In this document: positions 34,042 through 44,220 of the stretch, piece after piece
Numbering within the stretch: the stretch's first letter is position 1
Layout of the letters: each line of letters begins with the position of its first letter
Source of the DNA: Candidatus Humimonas hydrogenitrophica
Lineage (GTDB): Bacteria > Gemmatimonadota > Gemmatimonadetes > Palauibacterales > Palauibacteraceae
DNA: 64,000 nt
NCBI GenBank assembly: GCA_947581615.1
Contig: CANPVD010000053.1
Coordinates: 89,737-153,736 of the forward strand
Reading direction: 5' to 3'
Notes under the pieces: model-generated
Told to the model about the DNA's origin: nothing
The model's database searches: none
What the model saw: only the letters and a program-made list of their open reading frames with translations
Position numbers and translations under genes: made by a program

Positions 34042-36189
34042 ATGCACGGCCCCGCCTCCGACCGCGCCTTCCGTGCGACCCTCGCGGCCGCCCTCGCCGT
34101 CCTGGCCACCTCAGCGTGCCTCGCCGGCGTCTCCACGCTCGCTCGGGCCCAGGATGCGAGCGCGGTGTCCACGAGCGGGCGTCTGACCCTGGACAAGTAC
34201 ATGGACATGGAGGGCGTGAGGGACCCGAGGCTGTCTCCCTCCGGCCGAGAGATCGCGTACGTGCGGAGCTGGATCGACCCGATGACCGACAGCCACAAGT
34301 CGGCTTTGTGGATCATGAACGCCGACGGCACCCGCAACCGCTACCTCGTCGAGGGGAGCTCCCCGCGCTGGTCGCCCTCGGGCGACCGCCTGGCCTTCCT
34401 GGCCTGCGGCACGGCCGGCGGGGACCGCAGCGCCCTGGAGGAGTGCGAGGAGGGCTCCCACCGCCAGGTCTACGTCCGCATCATGGAGGGAACGGGCGCG
34501 GGCTCGGTGACGCAGGTGACCCGGCTCACCGAGAGCGCCTCGGACGTGGCCTGGTCCCCGGACGGCGGGGCGCTCGCCTTCCGCTCCTTCGTGCCCTCGC
34601 GCCAGAAGTGGACGATCGACCTGCCGCACCGCCCCGAGGGCGCGAAGTGGACGCCCGACCCGCGGGTGGTGGATCGCCTGGACTACCGCGCGGACCGCCG
34701 GGGCTTCCTCCCGAAGGGCTTCCGCCACCTGTTCACGGTCCCGTCCACGGGCGGCACGCCCCGCCAGGTCACCGAAGGGAGCTGGGACGATGGGGCGCCC
34801 GCGTGGAGCCCCGACGGGAAGACCCTCTACTTCGACGGACTCCGGCTCCCGGACGCGGACTACCACCTGCGCGAGTCGGAGATCTACGCGGTGGACGTGG
34901 CCTCGAAGCAGGTCCGGCAGCTCACCCATCGACACGGACCCGACCACTCCCCGGTCGTGTCCCCGGACGGGAGACACATCGCCTACGTCGGGGTCGACTC
35001 CTCCCACTGGACCTACTCGGTGCAGAAGCTCCACGTCATGGGAGCCGACGGGTCCGCGCCCCACGCCGTCGAGGGGGGCCTGGACCGGAGTCCCTCCGAC
35101 GTCACCTGGGCGCCCGGCTCGGACGGCGTCTACTTCACGGCGGCCGACCACGGCGTGCACGACGTGTTCTACGCCGACGTCGAGGGCCACGTCCGCCGGG
35201 TGACCCATGGCGAGCACGTGCTGTCGCTGTCGGAGGTCGGGAAGGACGGCACGGCCGTCGGGGTGATGTCCACTCCGCACCGCCCTGGCGACGTCGTCTC
35301 CTTCGCCGTGGACCATCCTGATCCGCGGTGGCTCACGGCGGTGAACCGGGATGTCCTGGGCGATGTCGAGCTCGGGAACCTGGAAGAGATCGAATTCAGG
35401 TCGAAGGACGGTCTCCCGGTCCAGGGGTGGATCGTCAAGCCGCCCGACTTCGACCCGGCCAGGAAGTACCCGCTCATCCTCCACATTCACGGCGGGCCGT
35501 GGGCCATGTACGGCGTCGGGTTCAACTTCTCCTTCCAGGACTTCGCGGCCAACGACTACGTGGTCCTGTACGTCAACCCGCGCGGCTCCACCGGCTACGG
35601 CTCGGACTTCGTGCACGGGATCGAGCACGCTTATCCGGGCAAGGACTTCGACGACCTCATGGCGGGCGTGGACGAGGTCCTCAAGCGCGGCTACGTGAAC
35701 CCGAAGGACCTGTACGTGACCGGCTGCAGCGGCGGGGGCGCCCTGTCGGCGTGGACGGTGGGCCACACGCACCGGTTCGCGGCCGCCGTGGTGCGCTGCC
35801 CGGTCATCGACTGGCTCTCCTTCGTGGGGACGACGGACGGGCCCTACTGGTACCACAATTTCGCCCACTTCCCGTGGGAGGACCCGGCCGAGCACCTGGA
35901 GCGCTCGCCCCTCACCTATGCGGGGAACGTGACCACGCCCACGCTGCTCATGACCGGCGTGCTGGACATGCGCACGCCGATCTCGCAGACGGAGGAGTTC
36001 TACGACGCGCTCAAGATCCGGAAGGTGCCGACGAAAATGATCCGCATGAACCGGGAGTATCACGGCACCGGATCGCAGCCGTCCAACTTCCTGCGCACGC
36101 AGATCTACATCATGAAATGGTTCGGCGAGTACATGACGGACGACGTCGCCGCGGGCCGCAAGGACGGCCATCTGGCCGGGGGAGCCTAG
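34042..36189 (+). CDS. S9-family serine peptidase (N-terminal beta-propeller plus prolyl oligopeptidase/acylaminoacyl-peptidase alpha/beta-hydrolase domain)
   Basis: A signal peptide, PD40-like repeats and the nucleophile elbow GCSGGG are present, together with a C-terminal catalytic Asp/His region. Confidence 0.85.
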   Translation: MHGPASDRAFRATLAAALAVLATSACLAGVSTLARAQDASAVSTSGRLTLDKYMDMEGVRDPRLSPSGREIAYVRSWIDPMTDSHKSALWIMNADGTRNRYLVEGSSPRWSPSGDRLAFLACGTAGGDRSALEECEEGSHRQVYVRIMEGTGAGSVTQVTRLTESASDVAWSPDGGALAFRSFVPSRQKWTIDLPHRPEGAKWTPDPRVVDRLDYRADRRGFLPKGFRHLFTVPSTGGTPRQVTEGSWDDGAPAWSPDGKTLYFDGLRLPDADYHLRESEIYAVDVASKQVRQLTHRHGPDHSPVVSPDGRHIAYVGVDSSHWTYSVQKLHVMGADGSAPHAVEGGLDRSPSDVTWAPGSDGVYFTAADHGVHDVFYADVEGHVRRVTHGEHVLSLSEVGKDGTAVGVMSTPHRPGDVVSFAVDHPDPRWLTAVNRDVLGDVELGNLEEIEFRSKDGLPVQGWIVKPPDFDPARKYPLILHIHGGPWAMYGVGFNFSFQDFAANDYVVLYVNPRGSTGYGSDFVHGIEHAYPGKDFDDLMAGVDEVLKRGYVNPKDLYVTGCSGGGALSAWTVGHTHRFAAAVVRCPVIDWLSFVGTTDGPYWYHNFAHFPWEDPAEHLERSPLTYAGNVTTPTLLMTGVLDMRTPISQTEEFYDALKIRKVPTKMIRMNREYHGTGSQPSNFLRTQIYIMKWFGEYMTDDVAAGRKDGHLAGGA

Positions 36190-36241
36190 GTCTTCCGTCC
36201 GGCCGCCTGCGGCGCGGCGGTCTCGAGGGGGTGCGGCGGTC

Positions 36242-36733
36242 TCAGCCCAGGAGGGCCGCGCCCCCCACCACCAGGACCACCACCCCGACCGAGATCTTGA
36301 GCGCCGCCGAGGCGGCCCGCCCGAGGACGGCCCCCCAGCCCACCCGGGCCGCGGTCGGAGCGTGCCGCGTCTCCCACAGCGCCGCCGCCGCCGCTCCCAC
36401 GAACGTGCCGAGCACGCCCGCCACCAGGGTGCCCACCACCGGCACGGGGGTGCCGATCGCCGCGCCCACGAGTCCGCCCAGGATCGCCCCCCAGAACGCG
36501 CGTCCCGAGCCCCCGTAGCGCGCCGAGATGCGGCGCACCAGGGCCCACTCGGCGGCCTCCGCCGCCGCGACGAGCCCCACGAGGAGGGCCAGTGTGCCCC
36601 AGCCGACGCGTCCCACGACCGCTCCGGCGATCGGAACCAGCAGCATGAGCCAGGTGCCGGGCAGTCCGAGCGGGACGAGGAGCAGGCACAGGGCCATGAG
36701 AACAACCCCGAGGACCAGCACAAGGGTGGTCAT
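36242..36733 (-). CDS. DUF456-like small multi-pass membrane protein
   Basis: The 163-aa protein has four transmembrane helices rich in Gly, Ala and Val. Confidence 0.55.
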   Translation of the reverse strand: MTTLVLVLGVVLMALCLLLVPLGLPGTWLMLLVPIAGAVVGRVGWGTLALLVGLVAAAEAAEWALVRRISARYGGSGRAFWGAILGGLVGAAIGTPVPVVGTLVAGVLGTFVGAAAAALWETRHAPTAARVGWGAVLGRAASAALKISVGVVVLVVGGAALLG

Positions 36734-36859
36734 GGAACGATGCGGGCGCGCACTCCGTTGAAGGGACGGATCCCGGCCGCGTCCGGCTTGCGGCCGCCGG
36801 GAGCACGCTCCTATGGTGGCTGAGGCCGGACGGTCGCGCCAGTCCAGGGAGGTATCGCC

Positions 36860-37627
36860 GTGCACGAGCGCCTCGCATCCCGCACGGACCTCGTCGGCTT
36901 CACGGGGCTCATCGCCGCCCTCGTGGCCGTGTCCGGCGTCCTCCGCCCGGCCGCGGCGCAGGAGCCGGGCACGCTGGTGGGGCGCGTCGTCACCTCCTCC
37001 GACCGTGCGCCCGTCGCCGGGGCCCGAGTGGCCGTCGTCGGCGCGGGAGACACGGCCGTCACCGACGAGGACGGCCTGTTTCGATTCCGGGGCCTCACCG
37101 CCGGGTCCCTCGTCCTCCGTATCGAGTACCTGGGCATGCGGTCCCGAAACGTCCCCGTGGATCTCGATCCCCGGCGTCCCTCGTCCCTCGTGGTCGCCGT
37201 GCGAATGTCGGTGATCCCCGTGGCCGAGCTCTTCGTCGCGGTGGACCGCAGCCTGCCGGTGAGCAAGCTGTACGACTTCTACCGACGCATGGCCCACGGG
37301 CACGGCTACTTCTTCACGCGTGCGGACGTCCTGCGCAGGCACCCGGCCCGCGTCACGGACCTGCTGCAGCGGGTCCCGGGCATCGACGTGGGCCCACACC
37401 GGCTGGGGCGCATCTCGGTGACGATGGGGCGGCGGAAGGGCTGCGTGCCCGAGTATTATGTGGATGGGGCCCGGGCGCCCTACTTCGATCTGGACGACCT
37501 CCAGCCCGCCGACCTGGCCGGCCTCGAGGTCTACCGGGGGAACTCAGAGGTCCCACTAGAGTTCAAAGCGTTCGAACGATGTGGAGCGATCATCGTCTGG
37601 ACGCGGGATCCGGGGGCCGGGGACTGA
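36860..37627 (+). CDS. Secreted CarboxypepD_reg-like domain plus TonB-receptor plug-like domain protein (paralog A)
   Basis: A signal peptide is followed by GTLVGRVVTS...GARVAVVG...DEDGLFRF (CarboxypepD_reg-like) and then YYVDGARAP...LAGLEVYRGNSEVPLEF...CGAIIVWTR (plug-like). There is no barrel domain. Confidence 0.7.
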   Translation: MHERLASRTDLVGFTGLIAALVAVSGVLRPAAAQEPGTLVGRVVTSSDRAPVAGARVAVVGAGDTAVTDEDGLFRFRGLTAGSLVLRIEYLGMRSRNVPVDLDPRRPSSLVVAVRMSVIPVAELFVAVDRSLPVSKLYDFYRRMAHGHGYFFTRADVLRRHPARVTDLLQRVPGIDVGPHRLGRISVTMGRRKGCVPEYYVDGARAPYFDLDDLQPADLAGLEVYRGNSEVPLEFKAFERCGAIIVWTRDPGAGD

Positions 37628-37640
37628 CACACGGAGCCCG

Positions 37641-38519
37641 ATGCCCCGGGCGGACGTGACCGCGCCCCGAACGCACCGGGAGGACGACGAGACCGTGCCC
37701 CGAAAGACCCACGCGCGACCCCGCCACCGGAGCTCCTCGGCTACCATCCTCCCGGCGATCCTCCCCCTCCTCCTGCTCCTGGCCTCGGCTCTCCCGTTGC
37801 GAGCCCAGAACAGGCAGGAGAAGAGCGAGCTTCCCGTCGACACGACGGCCACCCTGACGGGCACGGTCGTCTCGGCCATGACGGGCGGTCGCCTGGCCAA
37901 CGCGCGGGTCGTCCTGGTCACATCCGGCTTCGGTGCCTTCACGGACAGCACCGGGGCGTTCCGCATCCCCAGGGTCCCGGCCGGGCTGGACACGGTGGAA
38001 GTCTCGCTGCTGGGGTACGCCAGTGCCAAGGCCCCGCTCCTCCTCCAGAAGGGGGCGACCACCACGGCCACCTTCTCGCTGAGCCAGACCGTGCTGAGGG
38101 TGGAAGAGCTCCACGTGGAGGTGAAGCGGGCCGCCGGCATGGGCAAGCTGGCGCAGTTCGACGAGCACCGCCTCCACGGGCTGGGGTTCTACATCACCCC
38201 GAAGATGATCGAGCAGCGCCACGCCCAGCACCCCAGCGACCTCCTGCGCATGGTGCCCGGTCTCGAGGTCGGTGCCTACAACCTGGGCCACGCCAACGTC
38301 CGGGTGGTCCGGGCCACGCTCAACTGCAATCCGCCGATCTACGTGGACGGCATCCTGAGCCCCAGCCTGTCGATCGACGACCTGAACCGTGACGACATCA
38401 TGGCCATCGAGGTCTACCGCGGGCCGTCCGAGACGCCGGCGGAGTACGAACAGGGGCGCAACAACTGTGGGGCCGTGGTCGTGTGGACGCACGAAGGGGG
38501 CACGCAGGATGGGCACTGA
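37641..38519 (+). CDS. Secreted CarboxypepD_reg-like plus plug-like domain protein (paralog B)
   Basis: The architecture matches paralog A (GTVVSAMTGGRLANARVVLV...IYVDGIL...IEVYRGPSETPAEY...CGAVVVWT). Confidence 0.7.
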   Translation: MPRADVTAPRTHREDDETVPRKTHARPRHRSSSATILPAILPLLLLLASALPLRAQNRQEKSELPVDTTATLTGTVVSAMTGGRLANARVVLVTSGFGAFTDSTGAFRIPRVPAGLDTVEVSLLGYASAKAPLLLQKGATTTATFSLSQTVLRVEELHVEVKRAAGMGKLAQFDEHRLHGLGFYITPKMIEQRHAQHPSDLLRMVPGLEVGAYNLGHANVRVVRATLNCNPPIYVDGILSPSLSIDDLNRDDIMAIEVYRGPSETPAEYEQGRNNCGAVVVWTHEGGTQDGH

Positions 38520-39378
38520 GGTGGCCGGGCGGGACGGGCGTGCGGCGCGGGTCGCCGGCGCCGGGCTCGCATGGCTCCTGTACACCCTGCTCCTTCCGGC
38601 TGGCGCCACGGCCCAGCAGTCGGGCGCCGACTCCGCCGCCGCGGCGGGCTCGGACACGGCGGGGACGGCCATCCGGGCCGGGGAGCGCACGGCGACCCTG
38701 GAGGGCACGGTGGTGTCGGCCATGACGGGGGGCCCTCTCTCCAACGCGCTGGTGTCGCTCAAGGGGACGCAGCTGGGAGCTTACTCGGACAGCACCGGCC
38801 ACTTCGTCATCGAAGACGCGCCGGCCGGCCTCCTGCCCGTGGACGTGCGCCTCCTGGGCTTCGCCGACCAGGAGGTCCAGGTCAGGCTGCAGGCCCGCGC
38901 CATCACGCACGTCACCCTGCTCCTGAGCCAGACGGTGCTGAAGGTCGAGGCGCTCCACGTGGAGGTCAAGGCGGCTCCGACCGAGGCCAAGGAGCTCAAG
39001 GGGTTCTATGCTCGCATGCACCGCACGGCGGGCTACTTCATCACGCCCCAGATGGTCAAGAAGCTGGCCCCCGAGCACCCGACCGACCTGCTCCGGGTCG
39101 TACCGGGCGTGCAGGTCGGTCCGTGGCAGCTGGGCCAGGGCGCGCCGGTCTACTTCACCCGCAGCCGGTTCGACTGCAATCCCTACCTGATCGTGGACGG
39201 CCTCCGCATGCGCGACATGACCATGGACGACCTCAACGAGGCGGATATCCTGGCCGTCGAGGTCTACCACGGTCCGTCGGAGACGCCTCCCGCCTTCCGG
39301 TTCGAGGAGGGCTCGTGCGGCACGATCGTCGTGTGGACCCGGAGCGGGGGCGCCCCGGCCGACACGACGGGAGGCTGA
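38509..39378 (+). CDS. Secreted CarboxypepD_reg-like plus plug-like domain protein (paralog C)
   Basis: The architecture matches paralog A (GTVVSAMTGGPLSNALVSLKG...LIVDGLR...VEVYHGPSETPPAF...CGTIVVWT). The start overlaps the end of paralog B by 11 nt. Confidence 0.7.
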   Translation: MGTEVAGRDGRAARVAGAGLAWLLYTLLLPAGATAQQSGADSAAAAGSDTAGTAIRAGERTATLEGTVVSAMTGGPLSNALVSLKGTQLGAYSDSTGHFVIEDAPAGLLPVDVRLLGFADQEVQVRLQARAITHVTLLLSQTVLKVEALHVEVKAAPTEAKELKGFYARMHRTAGYFITPQMVKKLAPEHPTDLLRVVPGVQVGPWQLGQGAPVYFTRSRFDCNPYLIVDGLRMRDMTMDDLNEADILAVEVYHGPSETPPAFRFEEGSCGTIVVWTRSGGAPADTTGG

Positions 39379-39400
39379 GCGGCGGCGCGGCGCCGGCCTC

Positions 39401-39817
39401 CTAGGGCTCGATCACGATCTCGACCTGCGCGGTCTCGCGGAGCTCGGGGTCGAGCGAATGGTAGACGCTGCAGTACTTGTCCAGCGACAACGCCACGGCC
39501 CTCTCCACCTTCGCCCGGTCCACGTCGCCCCGCACCCTGAAGCGCAGGCGTAGCCTCGTGTAGCGCCGCGGCGGCTCCTCCCTCCGCTCGCCCCCCATCT
39601 CCACCGTGAGTCCCTCCAGCGGCTGGCGGCCCTTGCGCAGGATGTCGACCACGTCGATGGCCGAGCAGGCGCCGATGGCCTCCAGGAGCAGCTGCGTGGG
39701 CGAGGCGCCCGCCTGGCCGTCCCCGTCGATCGACGTCACCTTGCCACCCCGCGTGACCCCCTCCAGCCGGAAATCGTCCTGCCACGTCAGGGTGACCATC
39801 GCGTCCCGTCGCTCCAT
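39401..39817 (-). CDS. OsmC/Ohr-family peroxiredoxin-like protein
   Basis: The OsmC fold motifs GASPTQLLLEAIGACSAIDVV and DKYCSVYHSL are present. An AGGAGA ribosome-binding site lies upstream of the ATG at 39817. Confidence 0.75.
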   Translation of the reverse strand: MERRDAMVTLTWQDDFRLEGVTRGGKVTSIDGDGQAGASPTQLLLEAIGACSAIDVVDILRKGRQPLEGLTVEMGGERREEPPRRYTRLRLRFRVRGDVDRAKVERAVALSLDKYCSVYHSLDPELRETAQVEIVIEP

Positions 39818-39995
39818 GCCCTCTTTCTCTCCTGCTCGCCTCGATCGACGCTCGCCCCGCGCCCGTTGCGGAGCCTCTGCGAGGCAGGAATGTTGAGCCG
39901 TACGGACCCGGCCGCCACTGCGGCCCCTCCGCGAGACCCGTCCCTGAAACCCGCCCTCGGGAGCATCCGTAGGTCGGGGTGGAGGTGATACGAAC

Positions 39996-40271
39996 ATGAT
40001 CGAGATGCTGATGATGGGCGTGGCTGGCGCGGGCGTGGTGACGGGCTACATCGCCGTGCGCCGGTTCGTGCGCGACCGACTTCGCTACGTGGATGCCGTG
40101 CGCAAGCCGTCGGCCCCCTTCGTGGCCGGCGCGGTGGCCACCCTGGCCGCGGCGCCGGTGGCGTGGATCCTCCCCGTCATCGGCGGGGGATCGGCGATCC
40201 TGTTCGGCCTGGCCATAGGGGCGGGCGTCGCCTCCGGTCGCCGCGACATGAAGCGGCTGCCGCCAGGCTGA
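39996..40271 (+). CDS. Small hypothetical membrane protein
   Basis: The 91-aa protein has two predicted transmembrane helices. No motif was recognised. Confidence 0.35.
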   Translation: MIEMLMMGVAGAGVVTGYIAVRRFVRDRLRYVDAVRKPSAPFVAGAVATLAAAPVAWILPVIGGGSAILFGLAIGAGVASGRRDMKRLPPG

Positions 40272-40362
40272 GCCCCCGGCGGCGGCCCTTGCCGCCGCGG
40301 GGCGTCCCCCCGACCTTGCGCCGCTCTGGGGCGGTCCGGGTTCCGCGGCGCGGAGGACGAGG

Positions 40363-41316
40363 TTGGGGGGAGACGGAATCCAGGAACGATCGGAGGGCTG
40401 GCGCGTGGGCGTCGCCCTGGCCGTCGTCTACCTGGTGTGGGGCTCCACCTTCCTGGCCATCCGCTTCGCCGTCCGCACCCTCCCTCCCCTGCTCATGGCC
40501 GGGACCCGTTACTCCGTGGCCGGGGGCGTCCTGTATGGCTTCTTGAGGCTGAAGGGCGCCCGTCCGCCGTCGCGCTCGCAGTGGCTCGGCGCCCTCGTGG
40601 TGGGGGCCCTCATGATCGGACTCGGGAACGGCCTCCTCACCTGGTCGGAGCTCGTGCTCCCGTCGGGCACGGCGGCCCTCCTGGTGGCCGCCATGCCGTT
40701 GTGGATGGTGCTCCTGGACTGGCTCGTCTTCGGCGGGAGGCGGCCGCGGCTCCCGGTCGCCGTCGGCATCGTGGCGGGGTTCGCCGGGGTGGCCCTTCTC
40801 CTCGGTCCCTCGCGCGGCTCGGGCGGGGGACACGCCGCCCTGCTCGGCGGCATCGCGATCCTGGTCGGCACCCTGGGGTGGGCCTACGGGTCCCTGTGGT
40901 CGCGGGGCGCCGCCATGGCCGACCCACCGCTTCTCGGAACGGCGTCGCACATGCTCGCCGGCGGCCTGACCCTGGTGACCGCGGGCCTTCTTCTGGGCGA
41001 AGGGCACGGCCTGTCGCTGCGCGCCGCCTCGACGCGCTCGCTCCTCAGCTTCGCCTACCTGGTCGTGATGGGCTCGCTGGTCACCTACACCACCTACATG
41101 TGGCTCCTGCGTCACGCGCAGGCGTCGCTGGTCAGCACCTACGCCTACGTGAATCCGGTGGTGGCCGTGTTCCTGGGCTGGCTGCTGGCCGGCGAGGCCG
41201 TCACGGCTCGCACGCTGGTGGCCGCCGCCGTCATCGTGGGCGCGGTAGCCGTCATCGTGACCTTCCGGCGCCCTCCCCGACCGCGTGCGGCCGGGGCGCG
41301 GGGCCGATTAGATTGA
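40363..41316 (+). CDS. EamA/DMT-family transporter
   Basis: The protein has 10 transmembrane helices with duplicated EamA domains. Confidence 0.8.
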   Translation: MGGDGIQERSEGWRVGVALAVVYLVWGSTFLAIRFAVRTLPPLLMAGTRYSVAGGVLYGFLRLKGARPPSRSQWLGALVVGALMIGLGNGLLTWSELVLPSGTAALLVAAMPLWMVLLDWLVFGGRRPRLPVAVGIVAGFAGVALLLGPSRGSGGGHAALLGGIAILVGTLGWAYGSLWSRGAAMADPPLLGTASHMLAGGLTLVTAGLLLGEGHGLSLRAASTRSLLSFAYLVVMGSLVTYTTYMWLLRHAQASLVSTYAYVNPVVAVFLGWLLAGEAVTARTLVAAAVIVGAVAVIVTFRRPPRPRAAGARGRLD

Positions 41317-41366
41317 CCGCGGTTCCACCCAGGTACGACACGCTCCCGCACCCGACGGAGGCGAGC

Positions 41367-42236
41367 ATGCGCGAACCGATCTACCTGACCCTACTCCTGA
41401 GCGCCGCCGTGTGGGCCTGCGGCGGCCCGCGGGACGCCCGGGCCCGCGAGGAGGGTGGCCGCCGCTACGAGGAGCGCGTGGCCAGCGAGCACGTCGGGGA
41501 CCGCCCCACCGCCAGCCCGGCGGCGCGGAGCCTGCCCCACGTCGACGTGGCGGACACCACGGTGACGTACGGAACCGTGGACGGCCGGGCGCTCACCGGC
41601 TTCCTGGCCACGCCCCGGGATGGGAACGCCACCGGGCCCGCGATCCTCGTCATCCACGAGTGGTGGGGCCTCAACGACAACATCCGCGCCATGGCCCGCC
41701 GGCTGGCCGGGGAGGGCTATACGGCCCTGGCCGTGGACCTGTACGGCGGCCGGGTGGCCGAGACCGCGGACCAGGCCATGGAGCTGGTGCGCGCGGTCGA
41801 CGAGACCGCGGCGAAGGCCAACCTGCGGGCGGCGTACCGCTACCTGGTGGGACGAGGGGCCGGAAGGATCGGCGTGATCGGATGGTGCTTCGGTGGAGGC
41901 TGGAGCCTGCAGACCGCCCTCCTGTTCCCCGACGGCCTGGACGCGGCCGTCATCTACTACGGCCACCTCGTGACCGACCCGGCGAAGCTCGCCGGACTGG
42001 GCGTGCCGATAGAGGGGCACTTCGGGGCGGAGGACTCGTCGATTCCGGTGAAGGAGGTACGGCGCTTCGGAGAGATCCTGGATTCTCTGGGCGTTGCGGA
42101 GCACATGTACGTCTACGAAGGGGCCGGGCACGCGTTCGCCAACCCGTCCGGGACGCGCTACGTGAAGGCGGCGGCGGACACCGCCTGGACGCGCACGCTG
42201 GCCTTCCTGGCCGGGCACCTGAAGAGCGGGACCTGA
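41367..42236 (+). CDS. Dienelactone hydrolase-family lipoprotein
   Basis: A lipobox (AVWACGG) is present. The motifs IHEWWG and GVIGWCFGGGW (nucleophile elbow) fit a dienelactone hydrolase fold. Confidence 0.8.
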   Translation: MREPIYLTLLLSAAVWACGGPRDARAREEGGRRYEERVASEHVGDRPTASPAARSLPHVDVADTTVTYGTVDGRALTGFLATPRDGNATGPAILVIHEWWGLNDNIRAMARRLAGEGYTALAVDLYGGRVAETADQAMELVRAVDETAAKANLRAAYRYLVGRGAGRIGVIGWCFGGGWSLQTALLFPDGLDAAVIYYGHLVTDPAKLAGLGVPIEGHFGAEDSSIPVKEVRRFGEILDSLGVAEHMYVYEGAGHAFANPSGTRYVKAAADTAWTRTLAFLAGHLKSGT

Positions 42237-42240
42237 CCGC

Positions 42241-43059
42241 GTGGAGATCCGGCCCCTCGCAGACTGGAGCGAGTACCGGGCCTGCGAGGCCCTGCAGCGC
42301 GAGGTGTGGGGGGAAGCGTTCACCGAGCTGGCCCCGGCCAGTCTCCTCAAGATCGCCCAGCACGTCGGTGGGGTCACCTCGGGTGCCTTCGACGAGACGG
42401 GGGCGCTGGCGGGATTCGTGTACGGTCTCACCGGCCTCGAGGACGGCCGGCCGGTGCACTGGTCCCACATGCTCGCCGTGCGGGAGACCCACCGCGGGCG
42501 GGGCCTGGGGAGGGCCCTGAAGCGACACCAGCGCGAGCGGCTCGTGGCGGCCGACATCCGGACGTGCTACTGGACCTATGACCCTATCATGTCGTCGAAT
42601 GCACACCTCAATCTGAACCATTTTCTAGCAAGAGTGGATCGCTACGTGGTGGACATGTACGGGGAGACCGGCAGCCACCTGCACGAGGGGCTGGGCACCG
42701 ACCGGTTCGTGGTGGTGTGGCCTCTGGACGAAAGCGCGCCGGACCCGTTCGACGCCGCGGACCCGGAGCGCGCCCTGCGCGAGGCCGAGCTCGGGAGGTT
42801 CACCGCGGCGCCGCTGGCCAACCCCGGCGGCGCGGAGGACACCCCGCTCCCCGACGGCCCGGCGGTCCGGGTGGCGATCCCGGCCGACGTCCTCGCGGTG
42901 CGCCACCGGGACCCCGGGGCCGCCCGCCGGTGGCGCACCTCCACGCGCCGCGCCTTCCGTCACTACCTGGGGGCCGGCTACCGGGTGGCGGGATACGTGC
43001 CCCCGGCCCCCGGCGACCCGGAGGGACACTATGTCGTGCTCCCTGGTGAACCTCCGTGA
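42241..43059 (+). CDS. GNAT-like acyltransferase, possibly an N-succinyl/acyl-amino-acid transferase paired with the downstream racemase/synthase
   Basis: An acyl-CoA N-acyltransferase-like core (RGRGLGRALKRHQRE) is present. The GTG start is used and the stop overlaps the start of the next gene as GTGA. Confidence 0.5.
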   Translation: MEIRPLADWSEYRACEALQREVWGEAFTELAPASLLKIAQHVGGVTSGAFDETGALAGFVYGLTGLEDGRPVHWSHMLAVRETHRGRGLGRALKRHQRERLVAADIRTCYWTYDPIMSSNAHLNLNHFLARVDRYVVDMYGETGSHLHEGLGTDRFVVVWPLDESAPDPFDAADPERALREAELGRFTAAPLANPGGAEDTPLPDGPAVRVAIPADVLAVRHRDPGAARRWRTSTRRAFRHYLGAGYRVAGYVPPAPGDPEGHYVVLPGEPP

Positions 43060-44189
43060 TCCCGCCCCTCCGTGCCGACCGCCTCGTGCTGCGCGAGCTG
43101 AGCATGCCCCTGCGGCAGCCGTTCCGCATCTCCTCGGGCGAGATGTCCGATCGGCGCGTGTTCCTCCTCGAGCTTCGCCACCCGGACGGGGCGGTGGGAT
43201 GGGGCGAGTGCGTGGCGGGCACGAGGCCCAACTACAGTCCCGAGACCACCGACACGGCGTGGCTGGCCATCACCCGCTGGCTGGCGCCCCGGGCGCTGGG
43301 ACGGGAGTTCGCCGGTGCCCGGGACGTGGCTCCCGTCCTCGCCGAGGACATCCGGGGGCACCTGATGGCGAAGGCCGCCGTCGAGATGAGCTTCTGGGCC
43401 CTCGAGGCCGACCTCCGGGGCGAGCCGCTGGCGCGGCTCCTGGGCGGCACGCGCGACCGGGTCGCGGCGGGCATTTCGCTGGGCATCCAGGAGAGCCCCG
43501 CCGCCCTGGCCGAGAAGGTGTCCGCGGGCCGGGACGAGGGCTACCGGCGGATCAAGGTCAAGATCGAGCCGGAACGCGACGTGGCCTTCGTGGCCGCGGC
43601 CCGGGCCGCGGCCGGACCGGACCTGCCCCTCAGCGCCGACGCCAACGCGGCCTACGGACGCGGGGACGCCGAGCGGCTCGCGGAGCTCGACCCCTTCGGC
43701 CTGGTCTACCTGGAGCAGCCGCTCGAGGCGGACGACTTCCTGGGCCTGGCGCGGCTGCAGGCGAGGCTGCGGACGCCGCTGTGCCTGGACGAGTCGATCG
43801 AGTCGGCCGCCCGGGCCGCGGACATGCTGGAGCTGGACGCCGGGCGGGTCATCAACCTCAAGCCCGGCCGTGTGGGCGGCTTCGCCTCCTCGCTGGCCAT
43901 CCACGAGCTGTGCCGCGAGCGCGGTGTCCCCCTGTGGTGCGGCGGCATGCTCGAGAGCGGCATCGGTCGGGCGCACAACGTGGCGCTCGCCTCCCTGCCC
44001 GGCTTCACGCTGCCGGGCGACCTGTCGGCCAGCGCCCGTTACTGGGAGCGCGACATCGTCCGGCCCGAGTGGATGCTCGAGGCCGACGGGACGCTGCGGG
44101 TCCCGCTCGAGGAACCGGGCATCGGTGTCGCGGTCGACCTGGACCGGATCGACGATCTCACGGTGCGAAGGGAGATCATCGAGGCCTGA
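43056..44189 (+). CDS. Enolase-superfamily o-succinylbenzoate synthase / N-acylamino acid racemase (MenC/NSAR-like)
   Basis: The protein matches the KxK, D-E-D metal ligand and catalytic Lys pattern of the MenC/NSAR subgroup. Confidence 0.8.
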   Translation: MIPPLRADRLVLRELSMPLRQPFRISSGEMSDRRVFLLELRHPDGAVGWGECVAGTRPNYSPETTDTAWLAITRWLAPRALGREFAGARDVAPVLAEDIRGHLMAKAAVEMSFWALEADLRGEPLARLLGGTRDRVAAGISLGIQESPAALAEKVSAGRDEGYRRIKVKIEPERDVAFVAAARAAAGPDLPLSADANAAYGRGDAERLAELDPFGLVYLEQPLEADDFLGLARLQARLRTPLCLDESIESAARAADMLELDAGRVINLKPGRVGGFASSLAIHELCRERGVPLWCGGMLESGIGRAHNVALASLPGFTLPGDLSASARYWERDIVRPEWMLEADGTLRVPLEEPGIGVAVDLDRIDDLTVRREIIEA

Positions 44190-44220
44190 GGAGAGCCGGC
44201 CGCGGCCCCGACCCCGGGCC

